Below, piece by piece: positions 1 to 9,601 of a DNA stretch of 50,559 nt. The notes below the pieces were generated by a model that saw nothing but the letters and a program-made list of their open reading frames with translations, did not search any database and was not told where the DNA came from. This stretch comes from Ilumatobacteraceae bacterium. GTDB taxonomy: Bacteria; Actinomycetota; Acidimicrobiia; Acidimicrobiales; Ilumatobacteraceae. The stretch's first letter is position 1. Every line of letters starts with the position of its first letter. The stretch covers positions 1-50,559 of the forward strand of contig JAEMRC010000001.1 of NCBI GenBank assembly GCA_016463545.1, in the 5' to 3' direction. Made by a program: the position numbers and the translations under genes.

Positions 1-589
1 GGTCAACGACAACTGGAACTCCTCCTCGTTCGGCGGATTCGCCATCAACAACTTGCTTTTTTACTGCTTGTTTTGCACTTTGGGCAAGAGCCATCGGCTG
101 CGAACCTTCGCCACGCCACCTTGCACCCATGTCTTCGTTCTTGATGCGCTGTTGCAACATCACAATGCCCTCAAGAAGTGCTTCGGGTCGTGGTGGGCAA
201 CCAGGCACATACACATCAACTGGAATAATCTGATCGATTCCTTTTGTGACGGAGTAACTATCCCAATACGGACCTCCGCAGTTGGCACAACTTCCCATTG
301 AGATGACATATTTTGGTTCAGGCATTTGTTCGTACAAGCGCTTGATGACTGGCGCCATCTTGTCTGTCACTGTTCCGGAAATCACCACAAGGTCTGCTTG
401 ACGCGGACTTGCCGGAAGTGGAATCACGCCGAGTCTCATCACGTCATAGCGCGGCGAACCAAATGCCGCACCCATCTCGATGGCACAACATGCCAAGCCC
501 CATTGATACACCCACAAACTGTATGAGCGCCCCATGTTGAAGAGTTGCGTCAGTGGTTTGGGCAAACGCCCACGGTCTACGAGTCCCAT
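1..589 (-). CDS. nuoB: NADH-quinone oxidoreductase subunit B, second (paralogous) copy; 3' end runs off the left edge
   Basis: Absent from the ORF track because no stop is reached. My translation from ATG at 589 gives [39 protein letters not shown]...[20 protein letters not shown]...[12 protein letters not shown]...[11 protein letters not shown], which carries the NuoB/PSST cluster-N2 Cys motifs. The frame is still open at position 2 (...[22 protein letters not shown]), so a long tail follows the NuoB core. Confidence 0.85.
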   Translation of the reverse strand, partial: MGLVDRGRLPKPLTQLFNMGRSYSLWVYQWGLACCAIEMGAAFGSPRYDVMRLGVIPLPASPRQADLVVISGTVTDKMAPVIKRLYEQMPEPKYVISMGSCANCGGPYWDSYSVTKGIDQIIPVDVYVPGCPPRPEALLEGIVMLQQRIKNEDMGARWRGEGSQPMALAQSAKQAVKKQVVDGESAERGGVPVVVD

Positions 590-608
590 CAGTGAATTAC
601 TCCCCGAC

Positions 609-974
609 CTATACCCATCGCAAGACACCCTTGCGCCATGCGTAGACAAGACCCAACACCAAGATCGCCACGAACACTGCCATCTCGATTAATCCAAAGC
701 CGCCATACCGCTCAAGTTGTGTTGCCCACGGAAAAATAAACACTGCTTCTACGTCAAAAATCACGAACAACAATGCAAACACGTAGTACCGAATCTGACT
801 TTGAGACCATCCGTCGCCGACGGGATCGACTCCACTTTCGTACGACAGAAGTTTTTCTGGGGTCGGATTATTTGGGCGCAACAGTGCCGAGATTCCGAGC
901 AACAATGAGGCCACCAAAAAGGCTGCCAAACCAAACCACACAACCGTGAGATAGGAGCGCAAGAACTGAGACAT
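609..974 (-). CDS. nuoA: NADH-quinone oxidoreductase subunit A, second (paralogous) copy
   Basis: 121 aa hydrophobic protein with ND3/NuoA signature ([12 protein letters not shown]...[23 protein letters not shown]). The nuoB paralog starts 19 nt downstream. Confidence 0.85.
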   Translation of the reverse strand: MSQFLRSYLTVVWFGLAAFLVASLLLGISALLRPNNPTPEKLLSYESGVDPVGDGWSQSQIRYYVFALLFVIFDVEAVFIFPWATQLERYGGFGLIEMAVFVAILVLGLVYAWRKGVLRWV

Positions 975-1019
975 CGGATACGAAACTACTACCTAGCCCA
1001 ATCCAGACAACAACTTCGC

Positions 1020-1035
1020 GTGAATCGCATTCCAC
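1020..1035 (-). promoter_or_regulatory. Candidate Rex-type operator upstream of the second nuoA
   Basis: The minus strand reads GTGGAAT-GCG-ATTCAC. This is an imperfect inverted repeat resembling Rex operator half-sites (TGTGAA...TTCACA), 46-61 nt upstream of the nuoA paralog start. A rex gene lies at 32407..33123. The match is weak, with one extra base in the left arm. Confidence 0.25.
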
Positions 1036-1045
1036 ATCAGTGTCT

Positions 1046-1771
1046 CTAGTATGTGCTTTTGTGCGTTGTTGGACGACCGGCAACGTCTGCCAAAAACCAA
1101 CTCACCAACCCATCGCAGCGCTCTTGAGCATCAACAACCTTGATCCGGGTCTGAGTCAGCAAATCTTGAGGGTCGACTCCGGCGCTGATCAACTCGCACT
1201 GACCTTGACCTGCCGACCACTGAGACACCACCGATTCGGTGGCTTCAGGATGAAACTGCAGGGCCAGACACTTTGCGATCCTGAAGGCCTGCACAGCGCG
1301 GTCACTGCTGGCCAAGATCTCGCTGTTGGCTGGAGGCTCAAATGTGTCCCCATGCCACTGCATCCATTCCCCCGCTAATACAGTCCCAGCAAGGCTTTGC
1401 GGGTCAGAAGCCTGCACCGAGCACCATCCCATCTCTGGCTCTGGGGCCACAAAAACCCGACCCCCGAGAGCATGCGCCAGCATCTGAGCGCCAAAGCAGA
1501 TTCCTAAGATCGGCACACCCTGATCGTGAGCCCTGCGCAACAATGTGGCCTCGGCCTCCACGCTGGCCGCAACTTCTGGCCAATAGGCGCTCCAATTCGA
1601 GCCCAACGAGAGCACGAGGTCGGCTCTGTCAACGAGGTCATCAACCTCAGACGCCCATTGCTCGTGGTGCTCGCGCAAGACTTCGGTAAAGGCATAACCA
1701 CGCAGGCGTAATGATTGCCCGATAAAGCCCGCATCGGCCTCGGTGATATTCGCCACAAGAAGTGCCCGCAC
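1046..1771 (-). CDS. Class I (type 1) glutamine amidotransferase-like protein
   Basis: 241 aa with GATase1 nucleophile elbow GICFGAQMLAHALGG and the QFHPE histidine motif. Confidence 0.75.
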   Translation of the reverse strand: MRALLVANITEADAGFIGQSLRLRGYAFTEVLREHHEQWASEVDDLVDRADLVLSLGSNWSAYWPEVAASVEAEATLLRRAHDQGVPILGICFGAQMLAHALGGRVFVAPEPEMGWCSVQASDPQSLAGTVLAGEWMQWHGDTFEPPANSEILASSDRAVQAFRIAKCLALQFHPEATESVVSQWSAGQGQCELISAGVDPQDLLTQTRIKVVDAQERCDGLVSWFLADVAGRPTTHKSTY

Positions 1772-1792
1772 GACAAGTACCGTAGATGATGC

Positions 1793-3004
1793 GTGACCAC
1801 TTTGCCTATTACTACTGCGTCATCCGTGGCCGCCCGTGTCGTGGGTCGGGGTCTTGTCAAACACACTCCTGTCACTGAGTCAGCAGCGCTGTCCGATCTG
1901 TGTGGCGGGAAAATTGTTTTAAAGGCAGAAAATCTGCAGCGCACAGGGTCGTTTAAGATTCGTGGCGCGCTCAATAAAATGGCATCACTCGGTGATGCCG
2001 CCAAAAATGGAGTCACTGCCGGTAGCGCTGGCAACCACGCTCAAGCATTGGCATTTGCTGCCAGACATCACGGTGTCCCGTGCGAAATTTTTGTACCGAC
2101 TGGCGCATCGCTTGCCAAAATTGATGCATGCCGCGGATACGGCGCCACGATTATTGAGAGCGGCGACACTCTCGACATAGCCGTTGCCCAAGCCCAACAT
2201 CGCGCTCAAGAAACTGGCATGGCGTTTTGTCATCCTTACGACGATGCAAGTGTGGTTGCCGGACAAGGAACACTCGGCCTTGAACTCATCGAAGACATCG
2301 CAAACTTGTCATGCGTACTTATTCCACTCGGCGGCGGCGGGCTCACGGGTGGTGTTGCTGTTGTGCTCAAAGAATACAACCCAAAGATTCGCATTATCGG
2401 AGTACAGGTTGCTGCATGCGCACCGTACGCAGGTCTTCAAGTTTCGGACGGACCAATTGCCACACTCGCAGACGGAATCGCAGTAAAAAAACCTGGCGAA
2501 ATTACACGGCCATTGATTGAGCGTTACGTCGACGACATAGTGATAGTGCAAGAAGACGACATTGCTGACGCGATGCTCATACTGCTAGAACGTGCCAAGC
2601 TATACGTCGAAGGTGGTGGCGCAGTCGGAGTCGCTGCATTACTAAGTGGTGTTGTCAAGCCATCCGAACTCGGAACAACATGTGCAGTGCTGTCGGGCGG
2701 AAACGTTGATCTAGGAGTTGTTCCAGCACTCATCCGTCGACACGAAACTGACGCGGGGCGCCGACTCATTTTGTTTGTACGAATCCCTGACAGGCCAGGT
2801 GGGCTCGCGCGGTTGCTGACATTGTTTGCCCAAGCCGGGGCCAATCTGATCGAAGTAGAACACGTGCGAGACGGAGTAGACCTGCATGTTCGCGAAACGG
2901 GAGTACAGGTGGTACTAGAAATTCGCGGACCAGAACAAGAATCAAAAATTATTACTACTGCTCAAGATGCTGGCTACACCGTGCAGAAAATTTCTGGCCG
3001 ATGA
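1793..3004 (+). CDS. ilvA: Threonine ammonia-lyase (threonine dehydratase), short form with C-terminal ACT-like domain
   Basis: 403 aa, GTG start. PLP-lysine motif ENLQRTGSFKIRGA, glycine loop PLGGGGLTGG and a C-terminal regulatory domain. Confidence 0.85.
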   Translation: MTTLPITTASSVAARVVGRGLVKHTPVTESAALSDLCGGKIVLKAENLQRTGSFKIRGALNKMASLGDAAKNGVTAGSAGNHAQALAFAARHHGVPCEIFVPTGASLAKIDACRGYGATIIESGDTLDIAVAQAQHRAQETGMAFCHPYDDASVVAGQGTLGLELIEDIANLSCVLIPLGGGGLTGGVAVVLKEYNPKIRIIGVQVAACAPYAGLQVSDGPIATLADGIAVKKPGEITRPLIERYVDDIVIVQEDDIADAMLILLERAKLYVEGGGAVGVAALLSGVVKPSELGTTCAVLSGGNVDLGVVPALIRRHETDAGRRLILFVRIPDRPGGLARLLTLFAQAGANLIEVEHVRDGVDLHVRETGVQVVLEIRGPEQESKIITTAQDAGYTVQKISGR

Positions 3005-3690
3005 ACGCACCTTGTATCGCGCTCTTGGCGCGATTCGATAAAAAAGCATCTACTTTTAGTACGCCAGTTGCTGCGGGTGGTCAACTCTATATTGATGCTG
3101 TCCATCGAGCAGGTGGCGTACCTCTGCTCATGCCGCCCACCCTTGATGCAAATGTCATCAACGCCACATTGACGCGGTGCAATGGAGTTCTTGTCATGGG
3201 TGGCGGAGACGTTGATCCATCTCTCTACGGCGAGGACAAACAAGACGAATGCTACGGCATTGATAATTCTCTTGACCAATTCGAAATTGCTGTTCTTCTT
3301 GCGGCGATTGCACTCGATAAACCAGTTCTAGCAATCTGTCGCGGTGCTCAAGTTCTCAATGTGGCACTTGGCGGAACCTTGATTCAGCATCTTGAAAACA
3401 GCGCTGACCACAGCGGGCGCTTGCACGAAGTAGAAGTAGTTCCGAATACCCGCCTCTCGCAAGCATTGAACGGCAGAACATCAAACGGGGCATCATGGCA
3501 TCACCAGGCAATCAAATCTGTTGCGCCAGATCTTGTGTGTGTCGGTCGAGCATCAGATGGCACTATCGAAGCAGTCGAACACCGCAGTGCGAGTTGGGTG
3601 TTGGGAGTTCAGTGGCATCCCGAAAAAACTGCAGACGAAGACCCTGTACAGCAATCTTTATTTGATGCACTGATTAATCAGGCGAAGTAA
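3001..3690 (+). CDS. Gamma-glutamyl-gamma-aminobutyrate hydrolase family protein (peptidase C26, GATase1 fold)
   Basis: 229 aa with AICRGAQVLNVALGGTL (Cys nucleophile), WHHQA and VQWHPE motifs. Its start overlaps the ilvA stop by 4 nt. Confidence 0.75.
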   Translation: MNAPCIALLARFDKKASTFSTPVAAGGQLYIDAVHRAGGVPLLMPPTLDANVINATLTRCNGVLVMGGGDVDPSLYGEDKQDECYGIDNSLDQFEIAVLLAAIALDKPVLAICRGAQVLNVALGGTLIQHLENSADHSGRLHEVEVVPNTRLSQALNGRTSNGASWHHQAIKSVAPDLVCVGRASDGTIEAVEHRSASWVLGVQWHPEKTADEDPVQQSLFDALINQAK

Positions 3691-3713
3691 TTATTCGCGC
3701 CTAGAGGGTTGGT

Positions 3714-5261
3714 CTACCCGGCAGGAGTCTGAGTTGCAGGGTCTACTGCTTGCACTGCAATTGTCGCGAGGTTTGACACCATACGAGTGGCATCGAGCAA
3801 CCAGCCCGGATACACGCCAACAACGATCGTAAATACTGCGGCCAATGTAATGGCTATTCCGGCACCAGTTGGGACAGCGAGTTTTGTGTCATCTGTTGAA
3901 TCAGCGAGCCACACGCTCACCATGATTCGCAGATACAAAAACGCCGCAATCACGGCGGCCAACATCGCAATAATTGCAATTGAATACGATTGCACTTCGG
4001 CTGCTGCTTTGATGACTCCAAACTTGGCAATGAAACCACTGGTGGCAGGCATGCCCGCTTGGGCCAATAAAAACACTGTGAGCGCCAAGGCCATTGCTGG
4101 ACGCCGTTTGCCTAATCCGCGGAAATCATCAAGCGTGGTGTGACTGTCGCCTTTACCCGCAACCACAGTGACGACAGCAAATGAACCAATCACAAGCACT
4201 GCGTACAACAACAAATATGTCAGCACTGCCGCCAACGCATCTTTGTCACCGACATGTCCAGCCGCTTCTACGCCCACCAACAAAAATCCGGCGTGGCTGA
4301 TTGAAGAAAATGCGAGCATTCGTTTGACGTTTGTCTGCACGACCGCAAGAATCGAACCAGCCAACAATGTGAGAACTGCAAGAACCCAGATCGCTGGACG
4401 CCAGTCATCAATGCGTGTCGGGAATGCCACCACAAGTACGCGCAATAGCGCAGCGAATGACGCAATTTTTCCGGCAGATGCCATAAAGGCGGTGACTGGC
4501 GACGGTGCTCCTTCATAAACATCTGGCGTCCAGACATGGAACGGAACAGCGCTAACTTTAAACGCAAGACCAACCAACATCAGTCCGATGCCGACCAGCA
4601 ACATCGCATCTATCTGACTAAAAGGACTGTCACCTGACAGCGCAGACGCAATTTTTGAAAGATTTGTGCTGCCAGTTGAACCGTATGTCAATGCAATTCC
4701 GTACAAGAAAAATGCAGACGAAAATCCGCCGAGAACAAAATACTTCAGACCAGCCTCTTGGCTCTCCGCTCGCTTACGGTGGCTTGCTGCCAAAAGATAG
4801 AGCGAAAGGCTGAGCGTTTCGAGTCCCAAGAACAGCACAATCAAATCATTTGATGACGCCATGACAACGCCACCAATTGCCGCAGTGAGATACAAGGCAT
4901 ACACTTCTGGGCCGTCGTAGTCTTCTCGACGCAAATAGTCATCGGTAATAAGAGAAACTAAAGCGATAGAGATGGCGATGGCGATTGTTGCAAGTAACGC
5001 AAAATGATCGAGTGCTACGGCGTCAGCAATGAGCATCTTTGGGCCATTTTTTGTGACATCATGCCACTGCAGCATCGCCGCCATTGCCGTTGCGAGTGAT
5101 ACGACGACAGTGAAAAGGCAGTATGAACCTTTTGGCCAACGTGGCGCAATCGAACCAAGCAGCAACAGCACACACACGCCACCAAGGAGCACAAGTAGTG
5201 GACTAATACCCATCCAACTGATTGATGGACCAACAAGATTCTCGGCAAATAGAGCGTTCAC
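3714..5261 (-). CDS. nuoN: NADH-quinone oxidoreductase subunit N
   Basis: 515 aa polytopic membrane protein, ND2-like (FKVSAVPFHVWTPDVYEGAPSPVTAFM). It is the last gene of the nuo array and overlaps the nuoM stop by 4 nt. Confidence 0.9.
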   Translation of the reverse strand: MNALFAENLVGPSISWMGISPLLVLLGGVCVLLLLGSIAPRWPKGSYCLFTVVVSLATAMAAMLQWHDVTKNGPKMLIADAVALDHFALLATIAIAISIALVSLITDDYLRREDYDGPEVYALYLTAAIGGVVMASSNDLIVLFLGLETLSLSLYLLAASHRKRAESQEAGLKYFVLGGFSSAFFLYGIALTYGSTGSTNLSKIASALSGDSPFSQIDAMLLVGIGLMLVGLAFKVSAVPFHVWTPDVYEGAPSPVTAFMASAGKIASFAALLRVLVVAFPTRIDDWRPAIWVLAVLTLLAGSILAVVQTNVKRMLAFSSISHAGFLLVGVEAAGHVGDKDALAAVLTYLLLYAVLVIGSFAVVTVVAGKGDSHTTLDDFRGLGKRRPAMALALTVFLLAQAGMPATSGFIAKFGVIKAAAEVQSYSIAIIAMLAAVIAAFLYLRIMVSVWLADSTDDTKLAVPTGAGIAITLAAVFTIVVGVYPGWLLDATRMVSNLATIAVQAVDPATQTPAG

Positions 5262-6823
5262 TTTTCGAGCTCCATTTCTTCTGGTGGCATTATTTCTGCC
5301 GGTGGCATTATTTCTGCCGGTGGCATGAAGTCACTGTGCGATACAACGTGCTCGATCAATTTGTCCACGCTTGGTTCGATGCGTTCAAGCATTGGTTTTG
5401 GATACAAACCAGTAAACCCAATGATGCCGATGAAAACCATCAAAACCATTCCTTCGCGCAGTTTGAGTTCTGCAAATGTGGAATTTTCTTCGTCTGGTTC
5501 ACCATGAAACACGCGCTGATATGCCCACAACAAATACAGTGCCGCCAGAATGACACCAGTCGTAGCGATGATTGTCCACCAACGCGCTGTCTGGAACGAA
5601 CCGATTAATACTAAGAACTCTCCGACGAAGCCGTTCAGACCCGGAACACCAATCGAGGACAACATCACAACTGTGAATGCAGCCGCAAAAATTGGAGCAA
5701 CTTTTTGGATACCACGCAATTGAGAAATCTCACGCGTATGGCGACGCTCATAGATCATCCCAACCAACAAAAACAATGCACCGGTTGACACACCATGGTT
5801 AATCATCTGCGCAACACTGCCGGTGATGGCCTGAGATGTCATGGCGAATATTCCGAGCACGATAAAACCAAGGTGTGCTACTGACGAATACGCCACGAGT
5901 CGCTTCAGGTCTGTTTGCATCGTTGCCGCGATTGCGCCATAGACGATTCCGATTGTCGCCAAGGTCAAAAAGAGCGGTCTAGCCCACACCGCTGCTTCTG
6001 GAAACAAATACAAGCCAAATCGCAAGAAACCGTACGTGCCCAATTTCAGCATGACTCCGGCAAGAATGACCGAGCCTCCGGTCGGCGCTTGTGTATGCGC
6101 ATCTGGAAGCCATGTATGAAATGGAAACAATGGCACTTTTACGGCGAATGCAATAGCAAACGAAAAGAACAACCATCGGCCAGTGTTGGTCGCAAATGAT
6201 GCGTGTTCAGCCAACGTCACAAGGTCAAAAGTGAGGTACCCGACATCGTGTCGCGCAAGCGCAGCCGTGGCAACAATGCCCACCAACATAAAAGCCGAAC
6301 CAAACATTGTGAACAAGAAAAACTTTGTTGCTGCGTAGACACGATTGTCATAGCCCCAACCACCAATCAAGAAATACATAGGAACCAGAACAATTTCAAA
6401 GAACAAGAAGAAGAGCACAAGGTCGAGGCTCAAGAAACTTCCCATCACTCCTGCCTCAAGCAACAACAGCCATGCGAAATAACGCTTCTGATCGTGGTGG
6501 GGGTCGATGCCAAGAATCACAAGTGGAAACAGGACTCCTGTCAAGACCACCAAGAAGAGTGAAATACCGTCAACTCCAAGATGCCACGAAATTCCCCATG
6601 CCTTGATCCAGTCATGTTGAGAGACAAACTGAAAATCAGCGTTACTCGACTTAAATGATGCCAACACCCAAAGCGACAGTGCGCCAGTTCCGACGCTGAA
6701 TAATATGGCGCACAGTTTTACCCATTCTGGACGACGGTCGCTTAAGAGCGTCACAAGTAATGCGCCAATAATCGGCAGAAAAACAATTGCAGTCAGAATC
6801 GGGAAAGAAATCTGTTCGGGCAT
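5258..6823 (-). CDS. nuoM: NADH-quinone oxidoreductase subunit M
   Basis: ND4-like (FAVKVPLFPFHTWLPDAHTQAPTGGSVILAGVMLKLGTYG). The ORF track extends to 6850. I prefer the internal ATG at 6823 (MPEQISFPILT...), which forms an ATGA stop/start overlap with nuoL instead of a 28-nt overlap. The C-terminal tail carries MPPAEI repeats. Confidence 0.9.
   Translation of the reverse strand: MPEQISFPILTAIVFLPIIGALLVTLLSDRRPEWVKLCAILFSVGTGALSLWVLASFKSSNADFQFVSQHDWIKAWGISWHLGVDGISLFLVVLTGVLFPLVILGIDPHHDQKRYFAWLLLLEAGVMGSFLSLDLVLFFLFFEIVLVPMYFLIGGWGYDNRVYAATKFFLFTMFGSAFMLVGIVATAALARHDVGYLTFDLVTLAEHASFATNTGRWLFFSFAIAFAVKVPLFPFHTWLPDAHTQAPTGGSVILAGVMLKLGTYGFLRFGLYLFPEAAVWARPLFLTLATIGIVYGAIAATMQTDLKRLVAYSSVAHLGFIVLGIFAMTSQAITGSVAQMINHGVSTGALFLLVGMIYERRHTREISQLRGIQKVAPIFAAAFTVVMLSSIGVPGLNGFVGEFLVLIGSFQTARWWTIIATTGVILAALYLLWAYQRVFHGEPDEENSTFAELKLREGMVLMVFIGIIGFTGLYPKPMLERIEPSVDKLIEHVVSHSDFMPPAEIMPPAEIMPPEEMELEK
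5273..5326 (-). repeat. In-frame 18-bp tandem repeat (2 perfect copies + 1 degenerate) encoding MPPAEI-MPPAEI-MPPEEM at the NuoM C-terminus
   Basis: Plus strand ggtggcattatttctgcc occurs twice in tandem, preceded by the degenerate copy ttcttctggtggcat. Confidence 0.9.
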
Positions 6824-8733
6824 CAGAGCACTCCCCGCAACAAGAACCACGCCAGCAGCACCACAACACCAAGACCCAAGATGGCTGCATAAAAACGAAC
6901 AAACCCTGTTTGCACTTTTCGAAGTGCGTTACTCGTTGACCCAACAACGCGAGCGACTCCATTGACAGCACCGTCCACGACACCTGCATCAAAGCGTGCC
7001 ACACCACTAAACGCTGCTCGACCAGGACCACCCATAAAACGCGAGACACTTGAGTCATACATCCAGCCATTCGCCAATATCGCTGGCTCAAGTGCCGGTG
7101 CTTTTTTCTTGGCATAGACCGCGATCGCGCCAGCAATACCCAGACACGCAATGACCACGGCTACAAGCAAGAGCAAATACTTATTGTCGCTTGCCCATGT
7201 TCCGTCGATATTGCGTTCTCCACTTTCGATCACCGGTTCAAGCCAATGCTCTAAGAAATGTGTCTTCGAAGAAAACGGTAACTGCAGTAATCCACCACCA
7301 ATCGCTAAGCCAGAGAGCACAACAAGCGGAGCCAGCATGATCCATGGACTTTCATGCGGAGTCGCGTCTCCGTGAGCGCCATGTTCTTCACTCTGGTCAT
7401 GCCAGCGTGCTTCTCCGTAAAACACCATGATCACTTGTCGGGTCATGTAATACGCCGTCAACAATGCAGTGACTACTCCGACCAAATAGAGCCCACGATT
7501 ATTGGCGTAGACATACAACAAGATTTCGTCTTTTGACCAAAAGCCTGCAAATGGCGGAACTCCAGCAATTGCTAACCAGCCAACAATAAAAGTCATCGCC
7601 GTGATGGGCATCACCTTGCGTAACGCCCCCATCTTGCGCATGTCTTGTTGGTGATGCATTCCGTGGATGACCGCACCAGAGCCCAAGAACAACAGTGCCT
7701 TGAAGAAAGCGTGCGTGACCATATGGAAAATTGCTGCAACATACGCACCTGATCCGATTGCCAAGAACATAAACCCGAGTTGTGACACCGTGCTATAGGC
7801 CAGCACTTTTTTGATATCTGTTTGAGCAACCGCAACTGTTGCTGCAAATAACGCAGTCGCCGCTCCGACCACTGCGATGATTGTCATAACCCAGTGATAC
7901 GACACGTGCAGCACAGGATTCATTCGTGTCATCAAAAACACGCCAGATGTCACCATCGTCGCGGCATGGATAAGTGCCGACACAGGGGTTGGCCCTTCCA
8001 TGGCGTCTGGCAACCACAGATACAGCGGGAGTTGTGCGCTCTTTCCGCATGCTCCGATAAATAACATGAGCGCAATACCTGTTGCTGTGACCGCTGCAAG
8101 CTGACCAGACTCGGCAGCTTCATTGATTCCCGAGTACGACAATGTTCCGACAGCCGAAAAAGCCATGAACATCGCAATCATCACACCCCAGTCACCGACC
8201 CTATTGGTGACGAACGCCTTCTTGCCTGCGGTTGCTGCGGAATCTCGTGTGTGCCAGAAAGAAATCAAGAAATACGAACACGCACCGACACCTTCCCAGC
8301 CCAAGAAGGTGACCAACAGGTTCTCACCAAGGACCAACATCAACATTGAAAAAATAAAGAGGTTGAGATACAAAAAGAACTTTGAAAACTTTGGGTCTCC
8401 GTGCATGTATCCGATGGCATACAAATGAATGAGTGCGCCGATTCCGGTGATGAAGAGCGCCATCGTGACGCTGAGCGGATCAATCAATATCGCCATGTCA
8501 ATATGCAATGAGCCAACTGGCAGCCATGTAAACAACGTGACAACATGATGACGATCCTCAGATGCTCGCGAGAGCAACGCAAAAAACACACCAACCGTGA
8601 CCACGAAAGAGCCTGCTGTCATCAGGGTGGCCAAAACTCCGGCACGCGGCTCACCAAGTCGACGGCCAAATAAGAAAATGATGATGAATCCAGCGAGCGG
8701 AAGAGCCGGAATAAGCCATGCGTTCTCGAGCAT
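6823..8733 (-). CDS. nuoL: NADH-quinone oxidoreductase subunit L
   Basis: 636 aa, ND5-like (GKSAQLPLYLWLPDAMEGPTPVSALIHAATMVTSGVFL), with a long C-terminal region typical of the lateral-helix subunit. Confidence 0.92.
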   Translation of the reverse strand: MLENAWLIPALPLAGFIIIFLFGRRLGEPRAGVLATLMTAGSFVVTVGVFFALLSRASEDRHHVVTLFTWLPVGSLHIDMAILIDPLSVTMALFITGIGALIHLYAIGYMHGDPKFSKFFLYLNLFIFSMLMLVLGENLLVTFLGWEGVGACSYFLISFWHTRDSAATAGKKAFVTNRVGDWGVMIAMFMAFSAVGTLSYSGINEAAESGQLAAVTATGIALMLFIGACGKSAQLPLYLWLPDAMEGPTPVSALIHAATMVTSGVFLMTRMNPVLHVSYHWVMTIIAVVGAATALFAATVAVAQTDIKKVLAYSTVSQLGFMFLAIGSGAYVAAIFHMVTHAFFKALLFLGSGAVIHGMHHQQDMRKMGALRKVMPITAMTFIVGWLAIAGVPPFAGFWSKDEILLYVYANNRGLYLVGVVTALLTAYYMTRQVIMVFYGEARWHDQSEEHGAHGDATPHESPWIMLAPLVVLSGLAIGGGLLQLPFSSKTHFLEHWLEPVIESGERNIDGTWASDNKYLLLLVAVVIACLGIAGAIAVYAKKKAPALEPAILANGWMYDSSVSRFMGGPGRAAFSGVARFDAGVVDGAVNGVARVVGSTSNALRKVQTGFVRFYAAILGLGVVVLLAWFLLRGVL

Positions 8734-8738
8734 CTGCG

Positions 8739-9059
8739 TTATCCCTTCAGTACCGAAAGATCATCGGCCGTGGCATCGCTGCGGCGGCGCATGATGGACA
8801 CAATTATTCCAAGCCCCACAACAACTTCAGCAGCGGCAACGACAAGCACAAAAAATACGGCAGTTTGACCATTGATGTCAGATAGCGAAGCGGATAACGC
8901 GACAAATGACAGGTTCACGGCGTTGAGCATTAGTTCGATGCACATAAACATCACCAACGGATTTCGTCGCACCATCACGCCGACAGTTCCGATTCCAAAG
9001 AGAACCGCTGCGAGAACTAGATACCAACTAGTCGTTGGTTCGATCACTGCCAGATTCAT
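8739..9059 (-). CDS. nuoK: NADH-quinone oxidoreductase subunit K
   Basis: 106 aa small hydrophobic ND4L-like protein ([11 protein letters not shown]), positioned between nuoJ and nuoL. Confidence 0.9.
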   Translation of the reverse strand: MNLAVIEPTTSWYLVLAAVLFGIGTVGVMVRRNPLVMFMCIELMLNAVNLSFVALSASLSDINGQTAVFFVLVVAAAEVVVGLGIIVSIMRRRSDATADDLSVLKG

Positions 9060-9601
9060 GCTGACTCCTCAACATGTTGACCACGTTGGCGCCTTGACAT
9101 AACGACAGTGCCAACGACTGCGATAAGCAAAAGAACAGAGGTAACTTCAAAGGCAAAGACATAGTCGCTAAAGATAGAGCGAGATAGTTGTCGAATATTG
9201 GCGTCAGCGTCTTCAGGCGTCGCCGAATTGATGCCTGTTCCGCGAACCAAAAGTGCATCTTGCGATTTCACGATGGCAGCGATGATCACGCCTGCAACGC
9301 CGATTCCTACGACGAGCGCAAGTGGACGCTGCGCGGTGAGTGGCTCTGTGGACAAATCTTCTGCTTGGTCAACGCCCAACAACATGATGACGAACAAAAA
9401 CAACACCACGATTGCGCCGGCATACACGATGACTTGTACTGCCGCCAGAAAATGTGCGTTATTAGCCACGAACAAAACAGCAATTCCAAAGAGCGTCAAG
9501 ACCAGGCTCAATGCGGCATGAACGGGGTTGTTACGCGTGATCACCCCGACGGCCCCCACGAGCACCATCGCCGCAGCACAGACAAAAACAAAAAGTTCCA
9601 C
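9056..9601 (-). CDS. nuoJ: NADH-quinone oxidoreductase subunit J
   Basis: 181 aa, ND6-like ([20 protein letters not shown]...[21 protein letters not shown]). Overlaps nuoK by 4 nt. Confidence 0.88.
   Translation of the reverse strand: MELFVFVCAAAMVLVGAVGVITRNNPVHAALSLVLTLFGIAVLFVANNAHFLAAVQVIVYAGAIVVLFLFVIMLLGVDQAEDLSTEPLTAQRPLALVVGIGVAGVIIAAIVKSQDALLVRGTGINSATPEDADANIRQLSRSIFSDYVFAFEVTSVLLLIAVVGTVVMSRRQRGQHVEESA

Noticed and set aside
6823-6850. 28-nt gene overlaps nuoL/nuoM (6823..6850) and nuoE/nuoF (15268..15295) implied by the ORF track.
   Set aside because: These are artefacts of taking the longest ORF. Internal ATGs give ATGA stop/start overlaps, like the other 4-nt nuo junctions checked.
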